Assembly: GCA_027062325.1 (NCBI GenBank)
Contig: JAMOTN010000079.1
Location: 361 to 64,360 of the forward strand
Length of the DNA: 64,000 nucleotides
From: a bacterium
Lineage (GTDB): Bacteria; JAMOTN01
Direction: 5' to 3'
A model generated the notes under the pieces. The model searched no databases. It had not been told where the DNA came from and worked only from the letters and a program-made list of their open reading frames with translations. The translations under genes and the position numbers were made by a program. The first letter of the stretch is position 1; every line of letters starts with the position of its first letter. This document shows positions 39,890 to 50,505 of the stretch, one piece after another.

Positions 39890-41296
39890 TTAGTCTGCCA
39901 AACCCTCCGTTGATTCTGCCTTACCGTAAGGCCAGAAATCTTCAACAGTTTTTTCACTTTCATCGTAAATTGCCCATTCTTCTGTAATTGACGCCGTATC
40001 TTTTATATTGAGCTGTTCAAACAAGAATGTGAACTTTTCTTCAAGTGCCTCTCTAATCTTGGCTCTCACATCATCTGTTAAACTCCAAAACTTTCTCTTA
40101 AATGGCCCAACTGCTCTTTTTCTGGATTTGTAGTAGAACTGTTCACGAGTCATTCCCTCTTTCCACTCATTCTTGTAATTCTCCTCCAACCAAGCATACA
40201 CCTCATTTTTCAAATCCTCTGGTATATGGTCAAATATTATATTCTGAAATCCCGTGGCAAGGTGAATTTCTACAGTTTTGTTCTCCGGGAATTTGTGGAA
40301 CATCTCATCTGGTAGAGTTGAAGCACCATGCTGAACAGCTCCACCCATACCATAACGCTCCATCGCCATCTCTGAAAGTGTAAGAAGTGTATTGAAATCA
40401 ACCTTCACCTCTGCCACACTTCCATCAGGCAACACAACTCCACCATGCACTGTTCCAGTCTGAACACTTACCTTGCTTATAAGTGGCTCAACTTTACTCT
40501 CTCTCTTTAAACCTTCCATGTAAGCTTCAAGATCCTCAGGAGTGCTGTTCTTATCACCAATTTCACCAATTTCTCCACCAGTTGATATCGTAATTGGCTC
40601 AATTCCACGAATGTATTCTAGAAAATCAGCAGTCATCTTGTAGTTCCAATACTGCTGTTCATCAAGTGTTGGTTTAGATAGATCAACTAATGTGGACGTA
40701 TCTATGTCTATGTTGTAAAACCCAGCTCTAATTGCCTCTTTCATAAGCGCTTTCAACTCATTTATCTCTTTATCGCGCGCCGAATCATCAAAGAACTTTG
40801 CCCTCTTAACCTGAAAATGATCTCCCTGAATAAAAACAGGACCTTTATAACCTTCTTTAATAGCAGCTGCGAGAATATTAGCAGTGTATTCTCCAGGCCT
40901 TTGATCGGTATAAGAAATCTCTGAACGCGCTATCTCAAAAATGGCAGCTTTAGCATTCAACTTATTCAGGGCTCTAAAAGCTGCACGTGCAGAATCATAA
41001 GACAACGCACGTAAATTCATTGCAGGCACGGTAAAATCAGTTGGGACCTTACCAGTTGCTCTATTTACGTAAAGATTATGTATGGAAGCCAATTTCACTC
41101 CACGATCACGCGCCAAACTCCAAATTAACCAACGAGCTGAAGCTTTTTCTTCATCACTTTCGCCAAATACAGATTTCAAAACCAACTGGTCAATTCCTGC
41201 AGATACAAACTTCCCTTCATCTTCTACAAGTGGCTTTCCTCCTTCCCACTTCAAACCATCAATTTCAGATACGATTTTCTCCAACGTATTCATCAT
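39890..41296 (-). CDS. Long-form class II fructose-bisphosphate aldolase family protein
   Basis: QGDH, DIDTS, GEIG, GTVHG, QHGAS metal-binding pattern; extended N- and C-termini. Confidence 0.8.
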   Translation of the reverse strand: MMNTLEKIVSEIDGLKWEGGKPLVEDEGKFVSAGIDQLVLKSVFGESDEEKASARWLIWSLARDRGVKLASIHNLYVNRATGKVPTDFTVPAMNLRALSYDSARAAFRALNKLNAKAAIFEIARSEISYTDQRPGEYTANILAAAIKEGYKGPVFIQGDHFQVKRAKFFDDSARDKEINELKALMKEAIRAGFYNIDIDTSTLVDLSKPTLDEQQYWNYKMTADFLEYIRGIEPITISTGGEIGEIGDKNSTPEDLEAYMEGLKRESKVEPLISKVSVQTGTVHGGVVLPDGSVAEVKVDFNTLLTLSEMAMERYGMGGAVQHGASTLPDEMFHKFPENKTVEIHLATGFQNIIFDHIPEDLKNEVYAWLEENYKNEWKEGMTREQFYYKSRKRAVGPFKRKFWSLTDDVRAKIREALEEKFTFLFEQLNIKDTASITEEWAIYDESEKTVEDFWPYGKAESTEGLAD

Positions 41297-41392
41297 ATAC
41301 ACCTCCTAGCAAACTCTTACTTTTTATTCTAAACTCCTATGCTTTGCCACTTCAATTCTATAATACACTAAAATTAATTCAAAACTGAGAAT

Positions 41393-42850
41393 TTAAACCT
41401 CCCACTTTACATCTAATTCTTTAACTGCTCGAACTTCATCTGGCCTTGAAACAGGAGTGTTATAAGGATACCCTTTAACTTTTTCTGGATCCCTTTTTGC
41501 CTCTTCAACAAGATTCTTCAAGACTTCAACAAATTCCTCAAGCCTAGCTAAAGTTTCCGTCTCTGTCGGCTCTATCATCAAAGCCTCAGAAACAATCAGC
41601 GGAAAGTAAATCGTCGGAGCATGTATTCCGTTATCTAAAAGACCTTTAGCCAGATCTAAAGCCGTAACTCCATAATCCTTTTTAAGCTCTTTAGCTGAAG
41701 CCACAAATTCATGCATGGTATTATGCGGATACGGAACATCCAAAAATTCCATAACCTTTTTTTTCAACCAGTTAGCATTTAAAACTGCATCCTCCGAAAC
41801 TTTTTTAACTTCCTTACCCGTTGCAAGTAACCAAGCAAGTGCCTTCACCACAACTGCAAAATTTCCCCACCATCCTATCATCTTACCCACTGAGTACTTT
41901 AAATTCCAATCAAATTCCAATACCCCATTAGTTCTCTCAACAATTACAGGAACAGGCAAAAACTCCCTCAAAAATTCCTTAACTCCCACAGGACCAGAGC
42001 CGGGACCACCACCACCGTGTGGTGTACCAAATGTCTTATGCAAGTTCAAATGCACCACGTCAAATCCCATATCACCTGGGCGTGATCTTCCCATGATAGC
42101 ATTTAAATTAGCTCCATCATAATACATCAACCCACCAGCCTCATGAACCATTGCACATATTTTTTCTATGTTTTTGTCGTAGATCCCCAAGGTATTCGGA
42201 TTGGTCAGCATAAAAGCAGCTATTTCATTTGACTTATCAGTAAGTATCTTTTCCAACTCCTTCAAATCAACGCATCCATCCTGATCACTTTTCACTTCTT
42301 TAACATAACATCCCGCCATTGCAGCTGTAGCCGGATTCGTACCGTGAGCAGAGTCAGGCACCAGTATTAATTTTCTCTCATTTTGCCCGTTAATTATATG
42401 ATATTTCCTTATAATAAATACCCCAGTTAACTCGCCGTGCGCTCCAGCCGCCGGTTGAAAGGTAAAAGCATCCATACCAGTTATCAACTTTAAACGCTCC
42501 TCCAACTCATAAAATATTCTGAGAATTCCCTGAACTCTATCAGCAACCAATTCTAAGAGCAAGGGATGAATATATTGAATCCTAGAATCAAAGGCTAATC
42601 GTTCTGAGAGGCGCGGATTATATTTCATGGTACACGAACCAAGAGGATACATCCCTATCTCCACAGAAAAGTTTTTTCTGGAAAGATTTATAAAGTAACG
42701 CATTACCTCATTCTCCGGAACATAAGGAAGCTCCCACTCTCTTTCTGCGCGCAGTTCCTCAGATATATTTCCACTCTCCTCAGTTTCAAAATCAAGCGCT
42801 ATATCCTTCATTTCTATAAAATTTTCATATTCCACTCCCATTTCCATCAC
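41393..42850 (-). CDS. gcvPB: Glycine dehydrogenase subunit 2
   Basis: PLGSCTMKYNP, SAHGTNPA, HLNLHKTF (PLP Lys), PHGGGGPG. Confidence 0.97.
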   Translation of the reverse strand: MMEMGVEYENFIEMKDIALDFETEESGNISEELRAEREWELPYVPENEVMRYFINLSRKNFSVEIGMYPLGSCTMKYNPRLSERLAFDSRIQYIHPLLLELVADRVQGILRIFYELEERLKLITGMDAFTFQPAAGAHGELTGVFIIRKYHIINGQNERKLILVPDSAHGTNPATAAMAGCYVKEVKSDQDGCVDLKELEKILTDKSNEIAAFMLTNPNTLGIYDKNIEKICAMVHEAGGLMYYDGANLNAIMGRSRPGDMGFDVVHLNLHKTFGTPHGGGGPGSGPVGVKEFLREFLPVPVIVERTNGVLEFDWNLKYSVGKMIGWWGNFAVVVKALAWLLATGKEVKKVSEDAVLNANWLKKKVMEFLDVPYPHNTMHEFVASAKELKKDYGVTALDLAKGLLDNGIHAPTIYFPLIVSEALMIEPTETETLARLEEFVEVLKNLVEEAKRDPEKVKGYPYNTPVSRPDEVRAVKELDVKWEV

Positions 42851-42871
42851 TCCTTACCAAGCCCATAACTT

Positions 42872-44200
42872 TTAAAACTTTTCAACCCCAAAGTTATCAA
42901 GCAAAGCCGCAATATCAGCGTGGGTAGCTGCATCGGTAATAGTAATTAATATACCATCTCCATATCCCCAATAACTCAAAGGAACCCCAAAAACATACCC
43001 CTTTTTCATTCCTTCTTCTAAGACATCAATGGGAGCATCTATGACAAATTCGTTAAAAAACTCACCATTATAAATTCTTTTATAACCGTATTCTTCCAGT
43101 AACTCTGCAACCTCATGAGCTCTTTTAGAAACTTCTAATACATGTTTTTGAAGTCTCTTCCCCCACCACAAAATGTAAGTTGTGAAAGCCAACGCACATA
43201 AAGCCTCGTTAGAGCATATATTACTGGTAGCCCTTGCCCTTTTTATGTGCTGCTCTCTAGCCTGAAGTGTCAACACATAAGCCGTCTTCCCATTACGATC
43301 AACAGTCTTCCCAACAATCCTCCCGGGCATCTTTCTCATGTAAGCCTTTCTAGCCGCAAAAAAACCTAAGTACGGCCCTCCAGCCCACAAAGGAATTCCA
43401 AATGGCTGCCCTTCACCAACAACAACTTCAACATTCCTATAATCTCCTAATTTTTTCTTGTAAACAAGCACGTGTGGATTAGCCAAAACAATTAAACTAG
43501 CCTGTTTAGAAGTTGCCAGTTCATCAATCTCTCTCATGGACTCAAGAATACCCAAAAAATTAGGATAACTAACTATCCATATACTCTTTTCTTCCGGCAA
43601 ATCTTTCCACTTAGTACAACCACTTTCCCTATCAAAATCTACTTCTTCAAACTCGTAATCCCAAAAACTAAAGTAAGTTAATAGAACTTCCTTATAGTAA
43701 GGATGTAAGTTTTTAGGATAGTAAACTTTCCTAACTCTTTTAGCCTCTCCAACCATTTTTACAGCTTCTGCCAGTGCAGTGGCTCCATCATACATACTAG
43801 CATTAGCTACATCCATTCCTGTTAGATAGCACACCGCACTTTGAAAATCATATATAACTTGCAAAGTCCCTTGAGACACTTCAGGTTGATAAGGAGTATA
43901 AGCTGTAAAAAACTCCGATCTTCTCAAAATTTCATCTATAACAGGTGGTATCCACCATTTATAAGCTCCAGCTCCTACAAACACCGAATTCAGATCCTGA
44001 TTTTCACTCAAAAACTGATTAAAAATACTTTCAACTTTAAATTGCTCTAAAGGTTTCCCAAGTTTTTCAACACTTTGATAGGCCTTACTCTGAGTATCTT
44101 CTGGAATTACTTTAAACAACTCATCTAAAGATTTAACTCCTATATCTTCAAGCATCTTTTTCCTTGCTATCTTATTTTGGGAAAGCCACATTTCCCACAC
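42872..44200 (-). CDS. gcvPA: Glycine dehydrogenase subunit 1
   Basis: TAYTPYQPEVSQG, NASMYDGATA, REQHIKRARATSNICSN. Confidence 0.97.
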   Translation of the reverse strand: MWEMWLSQNKIARKKMLEDIGVKSLDELFKVIPEDTQSKAYQSVEKLGKPLEQFKVESIFNQFLSENQDLNSVFVGAGAYKWWIPPVIDEILRRSEFFTAYTPYQPEVSQGTLQVIYDFQSAVCYLTGMDVANASMYDGATALAEAVKMVGEAKRVRKVYYPKNLHPYYKEVLLTYFSFWDYEFEEVDFDRESGCTKWKDLPEEKSIWIVSYPNFLGILESMREIDELATSKQASLIVLANPHVLVYKKKLGDYRNVEVVVGEGQPFGIPLWAGGPYLGFFAARKAYMRKMPGRIVGKTVDRNGKTAYVLTLQAREQHIKRARATSNICSNEALCALAFTTYILWWGKRLQKHVLEVSKRAHEVAELLEEYGYKRIYNGEFFNEFVIDAPIDVLEEGMKKGYVFGVPLSYWGYGDGILITITDAATHADIAALLDNFGVEKF

Positions 44201-44241
44201 CTCTCTTATAGTTAGTTGACGCTAATTGCTTATGAAACAAC

Positions 44242-44281
44242 AAAAGGGGCCCCAAGCTCTTTCGCCTGAAAAGGCCCCTTT
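44242..44281 (-). terminator. Intrinsic terminator-like hairpin between gcvH and gcvPA
   Basis: AAAGGGGCC/GGCCCCTTT stem with inner CAGGC/GCUUG stem; U-rich tail on the minus strand. Confidence 0.7.
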
Positions 44282-44326
44282 CTATTAATTTTTCAATATT
44301 TTCTCCTCCTTTGCACAGATAAAACT

Positions 44327-44710
44327 TTATGCTCCTATAAACTCTGAATAACCAGCAGCATCAAGAAGATTATTAAGCTCAGACTTATCTTTCAATTCTA
44401 TCTTAAAAATCCACCCTTCATCATAAGGGGAATTATTTATGAGAGCCGGCTCATCCTGCAATTTCTCATTAACTTCCACTATTTTTCCACTTACAGGAGT
44501 ATATATCTCAGAAGCACTCTTAACAGATTCAACACTTGCCACACTGTCTCCTGCATTTACCTCCGCTCCAACTTCTGGAAGTTCAACAAACACAATCTCT
44601 CCCAGCTCATCCTGAGCATGATCTGTTATACCAACAACAGCAACATCTCCTTCCACCTTCACCCATTCATGCTCCTTAGAATAGTACAACCCCTCTCTTA
44701 CTTCAGCCAT
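44327..44710 (-). CDS. gcvH: Glycine cleavage H protein
   Basis: [19 protein letters not shown] (lipoyl Lys), PYDEGW. Confidence 0.98.
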   Translation of the reverse strand: MAEVREGLYYSKEHEWVKVEGDVAVVGITDHAQDELGEIVFVELPEVGAEVNAGDSVASVESVKSASEIYTPVSGKIVEVNEKLQDEPALINNSPYDEGWIFKIELKDKSELNNLLDAAGYSEFIGA

Positions 44711-44734
44711 TTTAATCCCTCCCTTACATAAAGA

Positions 44735-45829
44735 TTAAGTCTTTGCTCTCTTTGTCTTATGCTCAACAAAAGGTAAACTTACAACTAATGCATCAACCCT
44801 CTTTCCTTTAAAATCAACCTCAACAACTTTACCCTCTTTATACTCTATATTTACTATTCCCATAGCAAGTGACTTTTTCAAAATTGGGGAATAAATTCCA
44901 CTGGTCACAAATCCAATTTCATCCCCTTCTTTACTATAAAACTTTTCTCCTCCTCTTGCAATTCTCCTACCCTCAACTTCAAATCCTCTCAATCTCCTCT
45001 TCAAACCTTCCTTTTTCTGATTCAACAAAGCCTCTCTTCCTATGAAATCTCCTTTTTTGAACTTAACCGTCCAACGCAACCCAGCTTCAAGCGGGGTAAT
45101 ATCTTCAGACAACTCATGACCATAAAGAGGCATACCAGCTTCGAACCTCAAAGTATCTCGTGCTCCTAATCCAGCCGGTCTTATCCCAAATTCTTTGCCA
45201 ACTTCTAACAATCTACTCCACAAATGTACGGCATCGGAAGACGCATACACCTCAAACCCATCTTCTCCAGTATATCCAGTTCGAGAAAGAATCACAGGCT
45301 CACCAAACATTACGGTCTCCACAAAGTTATAGTAAAGCAATTTATCAACATCTACATTAACACACCTCTTCATCAATTTTTCTGCCGAAGGACCTTGAAC
45401 AGCTATCTGAAGATAATCATCCGACACATTTAAAACCTCCACATCAAAGCCTTTACTGTGTTCCAATATCCATTCATAATCTTTTTTAATATTTGCTGCA
45501 TTAACTACAAGTAAAGCCTTATCTTCAAATTTATAAGCTAATAAATCATCTACAACTCCACCATGCTCATAACACATAGGCGAATAAACTATCTGTCCAG
45601 GAACAATTTTGGCGAAGTTGTTTGTAATTATATAATTTACGAACTTTTCAAAATCAGGTCCTTTAACAATAACCTCTCCCATATGCGAAACATCAAATAA
45701 AACAACCTGCTGTCTGCAAGCTAAATGCTCCTCTATTATACTTCCGTAGTGAAGCGGCATCTCCCAACCGTGGAAATCTACAATTTTAGCACCCAATTCT
45801 ACATGTTTTTCATACAATGGAGTTCTCAT
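44735..45829 (-). CDS. gcvT: Glycine cleavage aminomethyltransferase T
   Basis: FDVSHMG, RTGYTGEDGFE, GLGARDTLRFEAG. Confidence 0.98.
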   Translation of the reverse strand: MRTPLYEKHVELGAKIVDFHGWEMPLHYGSIIEEHLACRQQVVLFDVSHMGEVIVKGPDFEKFVNYIITNNFAKIVPGQIVYSPMCYEHGGVVDDLLAYKFEDKALLVVNAANIKKDYEWILEHSKGFDVEVLNVSDDYLQIAVQGPSAEKLMKRCVNVDVDKLLYYNFVETVMFGEPVILSRTGYTGEDGFEVYASSDAVHLWSRLLEVGKEFGIRPAGLGARDTLRFEAGMPLYGHELSEDITPLEAGLRWTVKFKKGDFIGREALLNQKKEGLKRRLRGFEVEGRRIARGGEKFYSKEGDEIGFVTSGIYSPILKKSLAMGIVNIEYKEGKVVEVDFKGKRVDALVVSLPFVEHKTKRAKT

Positions 45830-45852
45830 AAATTCTCACCTCTTTTACTTTA

Positions 45853-46908
45853 CTATTCACTATCCTCACTTTTTCCAAAAACTTTATTTATAAATGCTTT
45901 CCTATTCTCTGAGTACTTTTCCCAAACCTCATTTCTCAACTTTTCTAAAAGCTCTGGATTATCCTTTAAGTACTCAACTGCATTATCTCGCCCCTGACCC
46001 AATTTTACATCTCCCCAACTGTACCAACTTCCAGATCTCTTAACAATTCCAACATCCAATGCTGCATCTAAAACGCTTCCTTCTTTGTTTATTCCTTTTC
46101 CGTAAAGTATATCAAATTCAGCAATTTTAAAGGGAGGAGCAACTTTATTTTTGGCTACCTTAACTCTAACTCTGTCACCCATAACTTCTCCACCTTTTTT
46201 CAACTGCATAATTTTCCTTATATCAAGCCTAACTGACGCGAAGAATTTCAATGCCCTACCACCAGGAGTTGTCTCAGGATTTCCAAACATGACCCCAACT
46301 TTTTCTCTAATCTGATTTATAAATACAACTGCCGTTTTGGAACGACTGATAGCTGCTGTAAGCTTTCTCAAAGCCTGAGACATAAGTCTAGCTTGCAGTC
46401 CAACAAAACTATCTCCAAAATTTCCTTCGATTTCCGCCTTTGGAACTAAAGCTGCAACAGAATCTATAACAACCAAATCTATAGCACCACTTCTTACCAA
46501 ATTTTCCGTTATATCTAGAGCCTCTTCAGCAGTTGCTGGCTGAGAAACCAATAAGTTTTCCAAGTCAACGCCTATAGCAGACGCGTACACAGGATCAAGA
46601 GCATGTTCAGCATCAATAAACGCTGCTACTCCCCCTTGCTTTTGTATTTCTGACACTACACTTAGCATAAGAGTAGTTTTTCCACTCGATTCAGGTCCAT
46701 ATATCTCTGTTATTCTCCCTTTAGGTATTCCACCAACCCCTAAAGCAAGATCCAATGTCAGAGCCCCTGTAGGAATAACATCAACATTTACCATTCTATC
46801 TTCTGAAAGACGCATTATAGCACTTGTACCATGCTTCTTCCTTATTAAATTAACCGTAGCCTCAATAACTTTTTGGCGAGCTGCCACCCTGTTTTGATTT
46901 TCACTCAT
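45853..46908 (-). CDS. recA: Recombinase A
   Basis: [37 protein letters not shown]. Confidence 0.99.
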   Translation of the reverse strand: MSENQNRVAARQKVIEATVNLIRKKHGTSAIMRLSEDRMVNVDVIPTGALTLDLALGVGGIPKGRITEIYGPESSGKTTLMLSVVSEIQKQGGVAAFIDAEHALDPVYASAIGVDLENLLVSQPATAEEALDITENLVRSGAIDLVVIDSVAALVPKAEIEGNFGDSFVGLQARLMSQALRKLTAAISRSKTAVVFINQIREKVGVMFGNPETTPGGRALKFFASVRLDIRKIMQLKKGGEVMGDRVRVKVAKNKVAPPFKIAEFDILYGKGINKEGSVLDAALDVGIVKRSGSWYSWGDVKLGQGRDNAVEYLKDNPELLEKLRNEVWEKYSENRKAFINKVFGKSEDSE

Positions 46909-46920
46909 TTAAATCGCCCC

Positions 46921-48021
46921 CTACTCTTTATTTAAAGCGAACTCGTATAGATCCTCATAAACTGGTCCTCTAGGGGTTAATGTACTTTTAACTAGGTAAA
47001 TTTTATCTACAAGGAATTCCACATCTGGCAACTCTTCAAACAAATGATGCTTCCTAGCCAAAATTAAACTCTGAGCTCTCTTATTCTTAACTCTTGCTAA
47101 GGTTATATGAGCTTTAAAACCGTGAGCCGCTTTAGGATACCCTATCTTTTCTAAAGCCTCCTCCAAAGAAGCTGCAAGATTGGAAAGCTCTTTTTCCCCA
47201 TCTTTAACTCCCAGCGCTACAACCCTTACTATCTTTTCATTTGGAAACATGACAATTTCTCCCGTCTTAACACTAAATTGTTTGAAATCCTTGACAACAT
47301 CTTGTATTGAGTCAACTACCTCTCCCACTTTATCCTTCTTAACACTTCCGATAAACTTCAAAGTTATATGAATATTCTCCGGCTCAACCAACTTAACTCC
47401 AGCAAAATCTAAGCTCCTTCTACTTGCTCGCCACCAATCAACAAACTCTTGAGGCATTTTAACTGCAACAAATAACCTAAGAGGAACATCTCTATCCTTA
47501 GAAACCAAATCTTCACCTTCCCCAAGAAGCTTATCTGCCATCAAGGACTCCATTACCATAAGAAGAGCATTCTCAATAGCCTGCTCCCTTATCTTATCCC
47601 TATCTCCATCAAACCTAAACTCACGTTGAATTATAACGCCTCCTTCTCTGGTTACTGTTATGTACACTAAACCTCTATCTTTCCCTTCAATACTTTCACC
47701 AGCAATCCCAGTAATTCCAACACCTATATCAGCAGCAAACCTAACTCTAGTTAAACGTGACATAAAAGTTGCAACTTCTTGAGACACCGTTCCCTCTTTA
47801 TCTATCAAACTTTGCGGAATACCAAAATCAACCTTGCTCCTTTCTGAATACAAAACAACTCCACCCATGAAATAATTACTGGCTCCATCAAATTCAGTTA
47901 AAGCCGCAGATAGCAACCCACCTGTACAACTCTCTGCCACTGCAATAGTAGCTCCGAACTCTCTTAACTTATCTGCAACCTTCTTCACCAAACTCATTAT
48001 TTTACTGCTTATTTTCACCAT
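46921..48021 (-). CDS. Fusion of CinA-C/PncC NMN deamidase and ThpR 2H phosphoesterase (RNA 2',3'-cyclic phosphodiesterase)
   Basis: AESCTGG, YS..SK, ITGIAG in the N-half; RLFVAV and two HITL motifs in the C-half; one continuous ORF. Confidence 0.9.
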   Translation of the reverse strand: MVKISSKIMSLVKKVADKLREFGATIAVAESCTGGLLSAALTEFDGASNYFMGGVVLYSERSKVDFGIPQSLIDKEGTVSQEVATFMSRLTRVRFAADIGVGITGIAGESIEGKDRGLVYITVTREGGVIIQREFRFDGDRDKIREQAIENALLMVMESLMADKLLGEGEDLVSKDRDVPLRLFVAVKMPQEFVDWWRASRRSLDFAGVKLVEPENIHITLKFIGSVKKDKVGEVVDSIQDVVKDFKQFSVKTGEIVMFPNEKIVRVVALGVKDGEKELSNLAASLEEALEKIGYPKAAHGFKAHITLARVKNKRAQSLILARKHHLFEELPDVEFLVDKIYLVKSTLTPRGPVYEDLYEFALNKE

Positions 48022-48052
48022 GAAAATAAACCCCCTCCTTGTCAAACATTAA

Positions 48053-48607
48053 TCACATAGTATAATCCCCAGTCACAATTCGTTTAATCTCATAAACTAC
48101 ATCATTCATACCATCAAGTAAATTTTCTCCAAACTCTATAGCTAGAAAACAAGCCACAAAATCATCTGCAAAAATTCCCAGAGCCCCCGGCAATCTCTCT
48201 GATTCATGAACAACAAATGGAACCTTGAAAGAGTCAAAAAACCTATAGATCACGAGGATCAATCCAGACTTCAAAACTCTTATCCAAAATTCCCTTCTAT
48301 CACTTGAGGCTCTTATGTAAAATGAAAGCAAAGTCACAACCGCACAAAATTCATCAACAACCACTCTTCTATCATCGAAGTCCACGTGATACTCCGTTAA
48401 AACTAAACCAGCAGCATTTAAAAAATAAACCAAGAAACGCCATATTTTTTCTGGCAAAAACGATAATAAAACTGCCACAGGCCATGCTATCAAAGAAGCA
48501 ATTGTTCCTCCACCTCTTATATAGCCAATCTTCCCCAAAGTCAAATAATATGGTAAGGCTTCCCCTCCCACATCTTTATTCTCAACAAAATTCTTACCAA
48601 CACTCAT
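48053..48607 (-). CDS. pgpA: Phosphatidylglycerophosphatase A
   Basis: GGTIAS, D..VVVDE, RFFD, GIFADD; typical pgpA-cinA-recA context. Confidence 0.82.
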   Translation of the reverse strand: MSVGKNFVENKDVGGEALPYYLTLGKIGYIRGGGTIASLIAWPVAVLLSFLPEKIWRFLVYFLNAAGLVLTEYHVDFDDRRVVVDEFCAVVTLLSFYIRASSDRREFWIRVLKSGLILVIYRFFDSFKVPFVVHESERLPGALGIFADDFVACFLAIEFGENLLDGMNDVVYEIKRIVTGDYTM

Positions 48608-48928
48608 AACAAACCCCCCTAGTGAGAAATTAGGTATGACAATATTAATTCTGTTTACTGAAATTTTAACACCTAAACCACTCTGCACCAAGCCTACACT
48701 AACTAGAAGTTTTTAGGTAAAGTATTCACTTTTGTAAATTTAACTGCAAAACTTAGACCTACTTTCGAATTATGAATTTCTATTTAATTCCTATTTTCTC
48801 ACGTTCCACGTTTCACTCAACATTCCACCGTTGTCCCGAAATCTCACCTGCTCCATCATGACACATATTAAAAATATCCCATTAAACTTTTTTGTGATGA
48901 TGAATGTAGTATGAAGGAGGCGATTGAT

Positions 48929-50332
48929 ATGAGAAAGGTAGCGCTGTTAATTGTAGTGTTATTGACATTGGTAGGATTTGCTTCTCCAAATCAACCTCAG
49001 CTTAACAAAGGAATCTTATCTTCAATTGTCAACGGTATAAGTCATGCCTTCCATTCTCTATTCGGAAACAAGGATGACGAAAAAGCCAATGTTGAAACTC
49101 CAAAACCCCTTCCAAAAAAGAAATGGACAGTCATGGTTTATATCGCAGCAGATAACAACCTTGAACAAGCTGCTTTCATAAACCTAAACATGCTAGAAAT
49201 AGTAGGAAGCAGTGATCAAGTAAACTTCTTGTGCTTAGTGGACCGTGCAAAAGGCGAATACAATGGAGATGGTGACTGGACAGATGCACGTATCTTCTAC
49301 ATTAAAAAAGACAATGATCAAAACAAGGTTACAAGCCCTGTTGTTAAGTTCCTAAATGAAGTTAATACAGGAGATCCTCATACACTTTACAACTTTATGG
49401 AGTTTTGTAAAGAATACTATCCAGCAGAACATTACTTCCTTATTCTTTGGAATCACGGTTCCGGTTGGGAATCTGTGCCTTCCTCCAGTGTAAACACTCC
49501 TCTTAAAAATAGAATGGTCGCATACGATGATCAAGCTAAGGATAGTATAACTATGCCTGAATTAAAGAGTGTCCTTCGTAAATTTAACTCTGAAATAGGT
49601 AAAAAGATTGACATTCTCGGATTTGACGCCTGCCTTATGGGGATGATAGAAGTTGCTTACGACCTCAAAGATTTTGCACAAACACTCATAGTAAGTGAAA
49701 AGACCGAGTACGGTTTAGGATGGCCATATCACGCATTTGCTGACATAATGGTTAAAAAACCAAACCTCTCCCCCGCTGAGGTAGCATCTGTGGTTCCAGA
49801 AGCTTTCAAAGAGTTCTACAATTACCTTTCTACCCACTATAACAAGGACTTAACCAACACACTTGCTGCACTCGATGCAACAAAAATCAAAAACATCGAA
49901 AAAGCATTTAAAGCATTTATTGATAAAGCTAGTAATCTAATGGAAGATAAAGAAAACGTAGTAAAACTTCTTATTGAGGCTAGAAAAGCTGCGGTACAAA
50001 TTGATGATCCTATCAAAGCTCACACAGATATAGGATCTTTCGTTAAAGAAGCTGCTAAGAGAATCCCAGAACTTAAGGAAGAAGCTGACGCAGTCATTGA
50101 AGCTCTTAAAGAAGCAGAACTCAACTTTGTCGTTACTGGTAAAGAAGGCGGAGAAGAACACGAACATTTCAAAAATGCAACTGGATTAGCCATATACTTC
50201 CCTCTTAATCCAAAAGCTCTTGATCCAGATATAATTAGGAAGTACTTGTCAGTAATTCCTTACGATGATTTCACTTTTGTTCAAGATACTAATTGGAACG
50301 AATTCCTTTTCAACCTCATAATGAACGAATAA
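48929..50332 (+). CDS. Secreted clostripain-family (C11) cysteine peptidase
   Basis: KWTVMVYIAADNNLE, WNHGSGW (His), FDACLM (Cys); signal peptide. Confidence 0.92.
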   Translation: MRKVALLIVVLLTLVGFASPNQPQLNKGILSSIVNGISHAFHSLFGNKDDEKANVETPKPLPKKKWTVMVYIAADNNLEQAAFINLNMLEIVGSSDQVNFLCLVDRAKGEYNGDGDWTDARIFYIKKDNDQNKVTSPVVKFLNEVNTGDPHTLYNFMEFCKEYYPAEHYFLILWNHGSGWESVPSSSVNTPLKNRMVAYDDQAKDSITMPELKSVLRKFNSEIGKKIDILGFDACLMGMIEVAYDLKDFAQTLIVSEKTEYGLGWPYHAFADIMVKKPNLSPAEVASVVPEAFKEFYNYLSTHYNKDLTNTLAALDATKIKNIEKAFKAFIDKASNLMEDKENVVKLLIEARKAAVQIDDPIKAHTDIGSFVKEAAKRIPELKEEADAVIEALKEAELNFVVTGKEGGEEHEHFKNATGLAIYFPLNPKALDPDIIRKYLSVIPYDDFTFVQDTNWNEFLFNLIMNE

Positions 50333-50365
50333 GTCCGGTAAGTCAATAGCAAGTAAAAGATATTT

Positions 50366-50392
50366 GGGGAGGTCAGTTAAGACCTCCCCTTT
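50366..50392 (+). terminator. Intrinsic terminator
   Basis: GGGGAGGTC-AGTTAA-GACCTCCCC followed by TTT. Confidence 0.8.
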
Positions 50393-50505
50393 CTGATTTA
50401 TTGCTTTTTTAGTTCCCTTATTTTCCACACTATTGTCAACTCTACTTTTTTTTGAGAAAATTAAAAGCTGAAGCAAATTTTATGTATGTAAGGAGGGAAT
50501 GTAGT

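Noticed and set aside
44221..44326. Glycine riboswitch between gcvH and gcvPA (TTTCAGG and GGAG fragments on the minus strand)
   Set aside because: The CCGAAG element and P1-P3 architecture are missing; a simple terminator hairpin explains the sequence
48800..48818. parS-like site (GTTCCACGT...)
   Set aside because: Only the left half matches; the right half is TTCAC rather than GAAAC, so it is not palindromic
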